NCBI GenBank assembly: GCA_002070355.1
Contig: MWDC01000001.1
Span: 1,996-65,995 of the forward strand
DNA from: Parcubacteria group bacterium ADurb.Bin159
GTDB taxonomy: Bacteria > Patescibacteriota > Patescibacteriia > UBA2591 > MWDC01
DNA length: 64,000 nucleotides
Reading direction: 5' to 3'
Shown here: one piece after another, positions 9,281 through 18,678 of the stretch
Layout: every line of letters starts with the position of its first letter
Position numbering within the stretch: position 1 is the first letter of the stretch
Notes under the pieces: generated by a model
The model's database searches: none
What the model was told of the DNA's origin: nothing
Seen by the model: only the letters and a program-made list of their open reading frames with translations
Program-made: the position numbers and the translations under genes

Positions 9281-10294
9281 TTATTTTATTGTTGGTGTTA
9301 AAAGCACATCTTTAAGATTTTTGAAATCTTCCAGAATAATGCCAATTCCTCTAATAACCGAAGTAAGAGGGTCATCAGCAATATGAACAGGCATATTTAT
9401 TTCTTCTTGAATTAATTTATCAAACCCAGGGATTAAAGCCAATCCTCCATTTAAACTAATTCCTCTTTTATAAATATCGGCTACTAACTCGGCAGGAGTG
9501 GCATCAATAGTATCTTTTATTGCCTCAACTATAGTTTTTAGAACATCAATTGTTGCTTTTCTTACATCTTCATCAGTTAGGTCAATCTCTTTTGGTAAAC
9601 TCGTAGAAAGATCTTTGCCTTTAATTTTCATTCTTTGGGGTCTTAAAGGCCAAGCTGAAATAAGTTTAATTTTTGTTTCTTCTGCTGTTTGCCATCCTAA
9701 TTTTATACTGAATTTATCTCGAACATAATTTATAATACAGTCATTAAGTGTTTCTCCTCCTAATTTTAATGATTTAGAAGAAACAATTCCATTAAGCGAA
9801 ATAACAGCAATTTCTACTAATCCTCCACCCATTTCCCCAATTAAATTACCAATTGGTTCAGAAACAGGAAGTTTATTGCCGATAGCCGCTGCCATAGGAC
9901 GTTCTACTAAGAACGTCTTTTTACTTCCCACCTGCGCTGATATATCTTCTAATGATTTTCTTTCCACTTCTGTTACATCTAAAGGAATGGCGGCAATAAT
10001 TTTGGGCCGTCCTCCCCTGATATTTATTTTTTCAAAAATAAGGCGAAGCATTTGTTCAGCCACTTCAAAATCGGAAATAATTCCGTGTTCCACTGGCCTA
10101 ACAACCCTAATATGTTGGGGGGTTTTCCCTAACATTCGTAAGGATTGTTCGCCAAAACAAATTACCTCTTGAGTTCTCATATTAAAGGCAATAATTGATG
10201 GCTCATTAACCACTAATCCCATCCCTCTAACATAAACTCTGATATTCGTTGTTCCTAAATCAAGACCAATTTCTTTAGAAAATAAATTTCTCAT
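9281..10294 (-). CDS. mreB: rod shape-determining protein MreB (actin homologue)
   Basis: N-terminal phosphate-1 motif (IGLDLGTTN) and actin-fold motifs throughout; 337 aa. Confidence 0.85.
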   Translation of the reverse strand: MRNLFSKEIGLDLGTTNIRVYVRGMGLVVNEPSIIAFNMRTQEVICFGEQSLRMLGKTPQHIRVVRPVEHGIISDFEVAEQMLRLIFEKINIRGGRPKIIAAIPLDVTEVERKSLEDISAQVGSKKTFLVERPMAAAIGNKLPVSEPIGNLIGEMGGGLVEIAVISLNGIVSSKSLKLGGETLNDCIINYVRDKFSIKLGWQTAEETKIKLISAWPLRPQRMKIKGKDLSTSLPKEIDLTDEDVRKATIDVLKTIVEAIKDTIDATPAELVADIYKRGISLNGGLALIPGFDKLIQEEINMPVHIADDPLTSVIRGIGIILEDFKNLKDVLLTPTIK

Positions 10295-10309
10295 AATTTA
10301 ATTTTTAAA

Positions 10310-11800
10310 TTATTTAATAATAAATATTTTTAATTTTTTAATCACCTCCTTAACTAAATTGAGATAATTTGAATTAGGCGCATAAAGAGTGCATAATGTT
10401 TCTCCTTTTTTGACCTTTTCTCCTATTGTTTTATCTAAATAAACTCCGGCTTGCGTTCTAAAAGGTGCGCCTAAAATACGGCACAATTCTACTAAATCTT
10501 TATTATTAATATCAATAATTTTACCTGTTTTTGTAGAAAGAAAATTACATTTATAATTAGATAAATTTATTTTATCAGAAGTAATATTCGGATCTCCGCC
10601 TTGGGCTTTAATAATTTCTCGTATTTTTAAAAGAGCTTTGCCGTTTTTTAGAGAATTAAGGGCTAATGCTCTCCCCTCCCCTTTTCTTGCCCGGCCAATA
10701 AGCTCTAAAAGTTCTCCTGATAATTCTACTGCCTTTTTTTCTAAATCCTTAGGACGATTCTCTTTCTGCTCCAGCACTCTTAAAATATCTCTTGCTTCAA
10801 GTACAGGCCCTATTCCTCGGCCAATTGGACCTTTCGCTCGATGAATTACTACTTTGGTTTTAATTTTGAATCTCTGGGCTAAATTTTCAAAAAGTTCTTT
10901 AATTTCTTCCGCTTTTTTGTAGGTAGTAATTTTTGTTGTTTTCCCCACTGGAATATCTAAAACAAGATATTTCACGCCCATCGCTACTTTTTTGGCCATA
11001 ATACTTACTACCATTTTTGAATAGGGCTCAATCCCTAAACGATAACACACTTTAATAATTCTATCATCAGCAGGAGCGATTTTTTCTCCCCCCCAAACCA
11101 AACAGGCATTATATTTTTTAACCAAATTATAAATTTCTTTAGCTTTAAAAGTAACTGGCGCTAAAACCTCAAAAGTGTCAGCTGTCCCAGCGGCTGAGGT
11201 AATTGCCCGAGATGATGTTTTGGGAATACAAATATTAAAACTTCCGATAATTCCCACGATAATTGGGGTAATGCGATTTCCGGGTAATCCTCCAATAGAA
11301 TGTTTATCAGCAACTTTACGGCCAAAATTAAATGTCGGGCCAGTTAAAGCCATTGCTTTGGTTAAATAATATATTTCTTTCTGAGAAAAATTTTTATGAG
11401 CAAAAGCGCTGGCAATAAAAAAAGCGATTTCAACTTCGTCCAATCTATATTCAACTATATCAGAAACAATAGAATATATTTCTTTATAGGTAAGACGTTC
11501 TCCTAATAATTTTTTTCTAATCGCCTTCAAAGAAACAGGGTGTCTAGCTATTTCTAATTCTATAAGCTCACCATTTTTAATCTTATAATGAGAAAAAACA
11601 TCTTGGAAAAAACCTATCTCTCCGGGTTTAACCAAAGAAGAAGTTAAATCAATTATTATATCAGTTGATTTATTTTTCCAATTTAAAACAAGCTCGTCTC
11701 CTGCTTTAAGGTCAAAACGATGGCCATCTACTTCATTGATTACAGCAATCCAAGAATTGCCTGTTTTAATATCTAATTGTTTTGCTTTTAAAAAAAACAT
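10310..11800 (-). CDS. AMP phosphorylase (thymidine phosphorylase/DeoA family with extra N-terminal domain)
   Basis: 496 aa with pyrimidine-nucleoside phosphorylase family motifs (glycosyltransferase family 3 core, SIGGLPG-like phosphate loop). Sits in an operon with RuBisCO and e2b2 isomerase. Confidence 0.7.
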   Translation of the reverse strand: MFFLKAKQLDIKTGNSWIAVINEVDGHRFDLKAGDELVLNWKNKSTDIIIDLTSSLVKPGEIGFFQDVFSHYKIKNGELIELEIARHPVSLKAIRKKLLGERLTYKEIYSIVSDIVEYRLDEVEIAFFIASAFAHKNFSQKEIYYLTKAMALTGPTFNFGRKVADKHSIGGLPGNRITPIIVGIIGSFNICIPKTSSRAITSAAGTADTFEVLAPVTFKAKEIYNLVKKYNACLVWGGEKIAPADDRIIKVCYRLGIEPYSKMVVSIMAKKVAMGVKYLVLDIPVGKTTKITTYKKAEEIKELFENLAQRFKIKTKVVIHRAKGPIGRGIGPVLEARDILRVLEQKENRPKDLEKKAVELSGELLELIGRARKGEGRALALNSLKNGKALLKIREIIKAQGGDPNITSDKINLSNYKCNFLSTKTGKIIDINNKDLVELCRILGAPFRTQAGVYLDKTIGEKVKKGETLCTLYAPNSNYLNLVKEVIKKLKIFIIK

Positions 11801-11831
11801 AAAAAATATATCAGATCTAAGATTTAGAATT

Positions 11832-13043
11832 TTATTTTTTGAAGTGTTCTAATGCTATGAATAGCTCGTGATGATTTTTAGCATATTTTTTAAGAGGTAT
11901 ATTTTGACAGGTTGCTTCTACTGCTTGATATACAGCTTTGGCTCCGGCTAAAGTTCCTTCCGGGTGGCCGTGAACACCTCCTCCAAAATTCATTATTATA
12001 TCTCTGCCTAAAATTTTCATTAATTTTGGCACTAATTCCGGATGTAAACCGCCAGAAGCAATAGGTAAAACAGGCTTTAGCCCAGCCCAAGGAGAAGTTA
12101 AAAAATTATTTATTTTTAAAACATCTTCCTCTCCTCCTTCCATTTTACCAATAATTGTGCCGGTATGCAACTGGTCAACTCCGGCTAAACGCAACAATTT
12201 AGCCAAAACCAGCATAGAAATGCCGTGTTTTTTGTTTCTAGTCATTACTGAATGCATTGCCCGATGAGCATGAATGATTAATCCCAAATTTTGTTTGCGT
12301 AAAGTTTGTAAAGCGGCAAATCCCGCGGTTATTACATCAACCATTATTGCTCTACCCCCCATTTTTTTAACCAATTTAGCCCGTTTTATCATTTCTTCTG
12401 TCTCTGCAGTGATATTAAAAACGCATATTTTAATTCGGCCTGTTTCTTTTTCGGCTCTTCTCTGCGCTTTTAGACAATATTCTACCCTTTTTTCAAAACG
12501 ATTAAAATTTTGGTTAGTTAAATTTTCGTCATCTTTTACCAAATCTACTCCACCTATAAAACAAAGATAAGTTAAATTAGCCTGTTCTTTAGGATTAAGT
12601 CCTAATTTTGGTTTCATAATTAAACCAATAAGAGGACGATTTTGGGTTACCTTGAAAATTTTTTTAATATTATCTTTGCCTATTTGCGGTCCGGGAAAAC
12701 TTTGAATATAAGAAGAAGGAAAATCAACATCTATAAGCCGTAAATTTTTAACCAACTTCATGCTGAAAATATTCCCCGCTGAATTAGAAAGAAATTGAGG
12801 GATGCTCCCCTTTTCAAATAAAGCCAGAGGATAAGCAATTTTTATTATTTTTGTTTTAGGATTAATTTCAAAAACTATAGCTTTTAATTTTTTTTGGATA
12901 TTTTGGCTTAAAGTATTAAGTTCCGTCCAAGTGCCAATAGACGATTCTGCAGCTATGGATTCTGCCGCTTGTTTTAAAGATACTTTGTTTGGTTCTAAAA
13001 AAAGAGTGCTAATTAAATACTTTTTAAGATCGGGTTTAAACAT
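11832..13043 (-). CDS. rbcL: ribulose-1,5-bisphosphate carboxylase large subunit, form II/III type
   Basis: RuBisCO signatures: GGVDLVKDDENLTNQ (cf. GGxDFxKDDE) and MKPKLGL (catalytic Lys region). The 403-aa length fits form III/II-III. Confidence 0.85.
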   Translation of the reverse strand: MFKPDLKKYLISTLFLEPNKVSLKQAAESIAAESSIGTWTELNTLSQNIQKKLKAIVFEINPKTKIIKIAYPLALFEKGSIPQFLSNSAGNIFSMKLVKNLRLIDVDFPSSYIQSFPGPQIGKDNIKKIFKVTQNRPLIGLIMKPKLGLNPKEQANLTYLCFIGGVDLVKDDENLTNQNFNRFEKRVEYCLKAQRRAEKETGRIKICVFNITAETEEMIKRAKLVKKMGGRAIMVDVITAGFAALQTLRKQNLGLIIHAHRAMHSVMTRNKKHGISMLVLAKLLRLAGVDQLHTGTIIGKMEGGEEDVLKINNFLTSPWAGLKPVLPIASGGLHPELVPKLMKILGRDIIMNFGGGVHGHPEGTLAGAKAVYQAVEATCQNIPLKKYAKNHHELFIALEHFKK

Positions 13044-13084
13044 AAATATGTTAAATGTTTAATATCAAAACCTTAAATTTTATT

Positions 13085-14017
13085 TCATATAAATGGGTAT
13101 AATTTTTTAGCGTATTTTTGCGCTTGTTCTGGTTTAATAATCCCTATTTCGCAAATTATACCCTTAATATAGGAAGCAGGGATTTTATCAAAAGCAAAAT
13201 TAATAATTTTTAATTTTTTTGGCGCTTTAGCCCATATTTCTTTTGCTGAACGTTTTTCTATTTTAATCCAAGATTTAGGATAAAATTTCAAAAGCGGCGC
13301 GGCAATATATAAAGGAACATTTTCTTCTTTGGCTGATGAACCAATACCAAAACTGCCAATTTTATTGATAACTGAGCCATCAGACAAAATAGCATCAGCT
13401 CCTAATATAATTTTATTCATTGTTAAACTTTTCCCAGAATAAGACGATATTAAAAAAGCGGCCGAAGAATCAGTAACCATAGTTACAGGTATTTTTGCTT
13501 TTAATAATTTTTTAGCGGTGATATGTCCCTGGAACAATGGTCTTGTTTCCGTATTAAAAACTTTGAAATTTTTGCCTGCTTTTTTGGCTTGAATTAATAT
13601 CTGCTCTACTAAGTAAGAATGACAATGAGTTAAAATATTTTCATTATTTTTTATCTCTGTTTTCCCTAAAGCAATAATGTTTAAAGAAATGTCCTCTATT
13701 AATATTAAAAAATCATTAGCTGCCTTTTTGAGATAATTTTTAGCCTGAATTACATTTTGCGGTTTTTCTTTTTTTATAGTTTCTAAAACAAACTTTAAAC
13801 CATTTTGCGCCATTGGTTCAGTAGGACGAGCTGAGGAAAGATATTTACTGGCAGATTTAATTTCTTCTTTCCATTTTAATAAATTATTAATTTTAATATT
13901 TAGCCCGTAATTTTTAAGAGCTATTACCGAATTTTTAGCCACAGCAGTAGCTCCCTGAATCTCAAGATTTTTAATTTTTCGATAAGTTTGTTTTAATTTA
14001 TTTTTTGGATTGTCCAT
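13085..14017 (-). CDS. ribose-1,5-bisphosphate isomerase (eIF-2B alpha/beta/delta-like, e2b2 family)
   Basis: 310 aa; eIF-2B/MtnA-family fold motifs (THCHS, ETRP, GADA). Located directly upstream of RuBisCO on the same strand. Confidence 0.65.
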   Translation of the reverse strand: MDNPKNKLKQTYRKIKNLEIQGATAVAKNSVIALKNYGLNIKINNLLKWKEEIKSASKYLSSARPTEPMAQNGLKFVLETIKKEKPQNVIQAKNYLKKAANDFLILIEDISLNIIALGKTEIKNNENILTHCHSYLVEQILIQAKKAGKNFKVFNTETRPLFQGHITAKKLLKAKIPVTMVTDSSAAFLISSYSGKSLTMNKIILGADAILSDGSVINKIGSFGIGSSAKEENVPLYIAAPLLKFYPKSWIKIEKRSAKEIWAKAPKKLKIINFAFDKIPASYIKGIICEIGIIKPEQAQKYAKKLYPFI

Positions 14018-14492
14018 AAATAGATTTTGAGGAAGGTTTTATAGTTTTCCATTCAATATCTCTGTCCTTACCCTCAAATTCTAACCACTCTCCTTCTTCA
14101 GAAACAACATACCATTTTTTTTCTGCTGTTGACCAAACCATAGGGTTTCCCTGAAAATATGGTTTACGAACTATTTCTTTTGGTTTTAATCTGTCTAGCT
14201 CCAGCCATTTTTTAAAAACTGTTTCAATACTGTAATCAAGATTTCGTGATTTAGCCCAATAAGCCACCTTATCAATTGCTTTTTTTGCTTTTTTTACTGA
14301 ACCGGCTAATTCTAAAAGCTCTTTAGCTGGTCGAGTAAAACGGGAGTAAATAATTTTTTTCTTACGGGCATTTTCTTTAATTTCATCTAACGTTAAACCT
14401 TTAGTATAAAAATAATGATTAACAATTTTTTGAATATCCGTTTCTTGGTGGTTTTTTTTATTATTTTTTAATGATTTTTTCTCTTTGGGCAT
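13998..14492 (-). CDS. hypothetical basic protein (first gene of the AMP-salvage operon); no recognisable domain
   Basis: 164-aa ORF whose stop overlaps the e2b2 start by 20 nt, suggesting translational coupling. K/E-rich. Confidence 0.4.
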   Translation of the reverse strand: MPKEKKSLKNNKKNHQETDIQKIVNHYFYTKGLTLDEIKENARKKKIIYSRFTRPAKELLELAGSVKKAKKAIDKVAYWAKSRNLDYSIETVFKKWLELDRLKPKEIVRKPYFQGNPMVWSTAEKKWYVVSEEGEWLEFEGKDRDIEWKTIKPSSKSIYGQSKK

Positions 14493-14517
14493 AAATCTAA
14501 AATTTGAAACATGGATT

Positions 14518-14591
14518 TGGCTGCGGGGTCAGGATTCGAACCTGAATTAATGGCTCCAAGGGCCACTGTCCTACCATTAGACGACCCCGCA
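14518..14591 (-). tRNA. tRNA-Gln(UUG), CCA encoded
   Basis: Minus-strand reading TGCGGGG-T-C-GTCT..GGAC, anticodon arm GTGGC-CCUUGGA-GCCAT (anticodon UUG), T-arm TCAGG-TTCGAAT-CCTGA, acceptor CCCCGCA, discriminator G, then CCA. The U1:A72 pair and G73 are bacterial tRNA-Gln identity elements. Confidence 0.75.
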
Positions 14592-14690
14592 ATATATCTA
14601 AGAATACAGGAAATTTAGATTTTGTCCATAATAAAATTTAAAATTGATTTTTAATTAAATTTTGTTAAAATATTATAAATTAGTATATTT

Positions 14691-15374
14691 ATGATATTAA
14701 AAGCCAATCTACATTTACATACAGCTGACGGAAAGAAAGAACGTCGGGAACATATTCGCTATAATATTTACGAAGCTATTGATTGTGCTCAAGAATTAGG
14801 TTTTAAAGTTTTGGCTATAACTTGCCATCAAAAAGCAGTTTTTAAAAAAGAAATGGATTTATATGCCCAAAAGCAAGGAATACTGCTTATTCCCGGTATA
14901 GAAGCTAAAATAGAAAGACGACATACGGTTATTTTAAATTGTTTAGAAGATGTAGAAAAAATAAAAACATTTAATGAATTGCGTTATTATAAAAAAGAAC
15001 ACCCGGAAATATTTATATTAGCTCCCCACCCATTTTTTCCTTTGGGGCATTCTTTAAAAAATAAATTAGAAAAAAATATAGATATTTTTGATGCTATAGA
15101 ACATAGTTGGTATTGGACTAAAAAAATAAATTACAATAAAAGGGCTAAAGAAATAGCCCAAAAATACAATAAACCTTATATGGGTACTTCTGATACCCAT
15201 TTTTTAAATTATCTTAACACCACTTTTTGCTTAATTGAATCGGAAGATATAACCATAGAAAATATTTTAAAATCTCTTAAAAATAAAAATTTTGAAAATA
15301 AATCTCTCCCTTTAACCTTTTGGCAAATGTTTAAAGTCGGTTGCCAGTTATTTATAAACCATTTTAAATGGTGA
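14691..15374 (+). CDS. PHP-domain phosphoesterase (histidinol-phosphatase-like)
   Basis: N-terminal HxH motif (NLHLHTADG) and downstream His/Asp ligands typical of the PHP domain; 227 aa. Confidence 0.55.
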   Translation: MILKANLHLHTADGKKERREHIRYNIYEAIDCAQELGFKVLAITCHQKAVFKKEMDLYAQKQGILLIPGIEAKIERRHTVILNCLEDVEKIKTFNELRYYKKEHPEIFILAPHPFFPLGHSLKNKLEKNIDIFDAIEHSWYWTKKINYNKRAKEIAQKYNKPYMGTSDTHFLNYLNTTFCLIESEDITIENILKSLKNKNFENKSLPLTFWQMFKVGCQLFINHFKW

Positions 15375-15386
15375 AAATTTTAATTT

Positions 15387-16847
15387 ATGGAAAAAAATAA
15401 ACAAATAATAATTTTTATTATTATATTAATATTTATTGCCGCTATTGTCGTATCTCTGCCAAGAATATTTTTTTCTTATCTAGCCCCGGGCGAACATTTT
15501 TATACTTACCCTCTTCATACTGACGAATGGCAACATTATACTTTAGCTTTGTCTCTTAAAAAAAATTTTTTTAAACCGCACATTTTCTATTATGAAGAAG
15601 ATACGCCGTTTTTTGACGGCAGTTTACCTTTTCATTGGTTAATTTATTTATTTCAAAAGATGGGGTTGACTCCTAAAAATTTTTTAATTTTGCCTATTTT
15701 ACAAGCAATTTTTTTTGCTATTGTTTTCTTCTTTTTTACCACTACGCTTTTTAATCCCCTAGTTGGTTTTTTTGCTTCTTTGTTTGCTTTATTTATTAGG
15801 GGGGATGTAAGTATTTTGGGAATATTATTTTTTAAGCCGTATATTTTAGGTTTTGCCTTTTTAATTCTTTCTTTGTTTATTCTCCATAAAAAAAAAGATT
15901 TTTCTATTTCTTCTATAATTTTTTCTTTAGCCACGATTTTTTGTTATCCCCCGCTTTTTTTGCCCTTAATTATTTATATATTAATTTATATTTTAATTAA
16001 TCAAAAAATAAATAAAAAATTTTTGTGGAAAATAATTGCTTTAGCCCTTTTAACTTTATTTTTTGGAATTTATGCCACTAGAAAAAATTATTCTTTATTG
16101 ATAGATAAAATAATTTATCGGGACTCTATAATGGGATATGGCGGAGTTAATTTAATAAAATATTTAGGTGTTCCCTTAATTATTTTAGGATTATTAGGCA
16201 TTATTAAAACTATAAAAAATAAAAAATTATGGCCATTACACGCCTTGTTTGGTTTTTTTGTTTTAGATTTTTTATTATTAATGATTACTAAATCAAGTAT
16301 AGGTTTTCATTATATGAGAATTATCTATTTGGGAAGTTGGATTTTCACTATCTATGCTGCTTACGGATTGTGGTGTATTTTTAATTGGCTTAAGAAAAAA
16401 ATAAAATGGGGGGCGGTAATTATTGTAGCTTTAATTGCTTTAGCTACTATTTTCCCCACACTTAAGTTTTATGTTTCTTCCCGTTCTTACGCTAATCCAG
16501 CGATACACTCTGCTTGGTTGGAAGAAAATAATCTTAAAGCTTTAGAATTTTTAAATAATTTGCCAGATAAAAATAAAAAACTTCTTCACCCCATTACTTT
16601 GGGGACAGTAATTACTCCTATGACTGGTTTTAAGGTTACTGCCCTCCCCACTGCTCTAATCGGGGGAAAAAGAAATAGATACTATGACATAAGAGATGAT
16701 TTTACTTGTGATAATATAGAAAATATTACCAAAGAAGAGGGTTATGAGCTTTTGTGGTTAGAGGAATCTATTGATTGCTCCTTTTTAAAACTTATATTTA
16801 AAAATAATTCAGTTTTTATTTATGAATATATTCCTGCATCAGATTAA
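15387..16847 (+). CDS. polytopic integral membrane protein, possible GT-C fold glycosyltransferase (ArnT/PMT-like)
   Basis: 486 aa, at least 10 predicted TM helices, with a soluble C-terminal domain. Sits in a glycosyltransferase locus. The family assignment is inference. Confidence 0.45.
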   Translation: MEKNKQIIIFIIILIFIAAIVVSLPRIFFSYLAPGEHFYTYPLHTDEWQHYTLALSLKKNFFKPHIFYYEEDTPFFDGSLPFHWLIYLFQKMGLTPKNFLILPILQAIFFAIVFFFFTTTLFNPLVGFFASLFALFIRGDVSILGILFFKPYILGFAFLILSLFILHKKKDFSISSIIFSLATIFCYPPLFLPLIIYILIYILINQKINKKFLWKIIALALLTLFFGIYATRKNYSLLIDKIIYRDSIMGYGGVNLIKYLGVPLIILGLLGIIKTIKNKKLWPLHALFGFFVLDFLLLMITKSSIGFHYMRIIYLGSWIFTIYAAYGLWCIFNWLKKKIKWGAVIIVALIALATIFPTLKFYVSSRSYANPAIHSAWLEENNLKALEFLNNLPDKNKKLLHPITLGTVITPMTGFKVTALPTALIGGKRNRYYDIRDDFTCDNIENITKEEGYELLWLEESIDCSFLKLIFKNNSVFIYEYIPASD

Positions 16848-16871
16848 AATTTATATTTTTAAAAAATAAAA

Positions 16872-18674
16872 ATGATTAGGGAAACAATAGGACAAATTTT
16901 AGGAGTAATATTCCTTTTTAGCCAAGGAATTTTATTAAGTTACATAATTTTCGCTAAAACAGATATAATCAAAAGAATTATTTATTCGATTATTTTAACT
17001 ATTTCTTTGGCGATAATATTGGGAACCATACTTTTTCAATTAGAGAGATTAAATTTTTTAAATATATTTGTTTCTTTGATTTTAATAAATTTATTATTTT
17101 TATTTATTATTTTTTTATCAAAGCAACAATATAAAACAAATTTTAATAAAGATATTGGATATTTAACTTTATTTTCAATTATTGGAACAATCTGGAGGTT
17201 ATTATTTGTAAAATCTATAAAAAATTTTGGTGATGCTTATCAATATGCTGGTCAATATGCCGGGGAAACTCCTCCTAATTTGGGTTTTTATACTGGTTTA
17301 GCCATAGATCACAGCCATTTTGTTGGAGAAAAAGCTGTAAATGTCCTATTTAATATTTTAGGAATTAACAATCAAGTTTTAAATATTTTTCTAATCAGTT
17401 TGGTTTATTTAGGATTTATTTATTTAATTTTTTCTGAATTTAGAAATAAAAAATTCGCTTATTTGGGGGTTGCCTTAATGTCTCTCGGCCCAATAGAAAT
17501 TTTTCACTCTACTCTATCAATAATAAGCGCTGCTGCTCTTTCTTATATTTCTGTTTTTAGTTTCTTTTTGTTATTTAAGTCAAAAGATAATAAAATATTT
17601 TGGTTAACTTTACTTCTCTCTATCGCTTTAATGTTTTCTTATTATACTGCTTCAATGGTTATTATTTTAACATCCTTTGGGTTTATTATTTCTTTGTTTG
17701 TAAAAAATTCAATGGAAATCAGACCCTTTTCTAAAGCATTAAAAAAAACTTTTTTAGATGAAAAAATTCAATCTTTTTTGATAATTGCTTTGATAGTGAT
17801 TTTTTATACTTTTTTATGTTCGGGTATGGCAACATATACTCTAGATAAAAGTAAAGAATTTTCTTATACTCTAGATAAAAGTAAAGAATTTTCTTATACT
17901 CTTTGGGTAAGATATAAAGACCCGACATTTTTGGGGTTTTCCGCTATAGGTTGGCAAATATTATTTTTCTTAATATGCGGTTTGACTTTTATTATTACTC
18001 TTTTTGTAAAAAGAAATTTTTCTGACAATAGAGACCTTTTACTTTGCTTTATTCCCCTTTTAATTGTTTCTTATGGATTTTTTCATACGGGATTCATAAC
18101 GCGAGCTTTTGATTATTTTGCCTTTTTGGGCTTATTAGTTCTTCAACTTCCCTTAAAAAATGATATTGGATTTCCTCTTGTCAATAAATCAAAAACAAAT
18201 AAAATAAATATATCTTTTACAATATTTCTAATTTTTACCTTTATTTTTATGTTAATTAGCAGTTTTTTTGTAGCAAAAGACAAAAAAATATTTTTTGAAA
18301 CATCTGATAAAGAAATTGAAGCGGCTTTGTGGGTAAAAAATAATTTAACAGGAAGAGTATTTTCGGACATATCTTTTGTTAATACTCTTGTTTCAAAAAA
18401 ATATCATAATGTTACCGGAGCAAATGACAAAAATCTCCTTATTTATGATTTATTTTACCAAAAAGATGTTTCTGAGTTTTTGAAGGCAATAAATAAATTA
18501 AATATTCAATTAAATGTTGATTACATTGCTCTAACTAAAAAAATGAGAGAAAATTATATTTTAATGCTGGATGTACCTCAAAAACCTTTAATAAATATGG
18601 AACTTTACGAAAACAATTTAATTAAGGTTTATGATAACGAAGAAGTAAAAATTTTTAAAACTGAATTAAAATAA
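16872..18674 (+). CDS. polytopic integral membrane protein, possible GT-C fold glycosyltransferase; contains an in-frame 30-bp tandem duplication
   Basis: 600 aa with many TM helices and a soluble C-terminal domain. Paralogous in architecture to the preceding gene. Confidence 0.45.
   Translation: MIRETIGQILGVIFLFSQGILLSYIIFAKTDIIKRIIYSIILTISLAIILGTILFQLERLNFLNIFVSLILINLLFLFIIFLSKQQYKTNFNKDIGYLTLFSIIGTIWRLLFVKSIKNFGDAYQYAGQYAGETPPNLGFYTGLAIDHSHFVGEKAVNVLFNILGINNQVLNIFLISLVYLGFIYLIFSEFRNKKFAYLGVALMSLGPIEIFHSTLSIISAAALSYISVFSFFLLFKSKDNKIFWLTLLLSIALMFSYYTASMVIILTSFGFIISLFVKNSMEIRPFSKALKKTFLDEKIQSFLIIALIVIFYTFLCSGMATYTLDKSKEFSYTLDKSKEFSYTLWVRYKDPTFLGFSAIGWQILFFLICGLTFIITLFVKRNFSDNRDLLLCFIPLLIVSYGFFHTGFITRAFDYFAFLGLLVLQLPLKNDIGFPLVNKSKTNKINISFTIFLIFTFIFMLISSFFVAKDKKIFFETSDKEIEAALWVKNNLTGRVFSDISFVNTLVSKKYHNVTGANDKNLLIYDLFYQKDVSEFLKAINKLNIQLNVDYIALTKKMRENYILMLDVPQKPLINMELYENNLIKVYDNEEVKIFKTELK
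17835..17894. repeat. perfect 30-bp direct tandem repeat x2 (tatactctagataaaagtaaagaattttct) inside the membrane-protein gene
   Basis: Identical 30-mers at 17835-17864 and 17865-17894, with a partial third copy. Encodes YTLDKSKEFS twice. Confidence 0.85.
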
Positions 18675-18678
18675 AAAA

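Noticed and set aside
9183-9386. 67-aa ORF 9183..9386 (+)
   Set aside because: Its first half is the intergenic repeat element (copy B) and its second half is antisense to the mreB 3' end. It has no coding signal.
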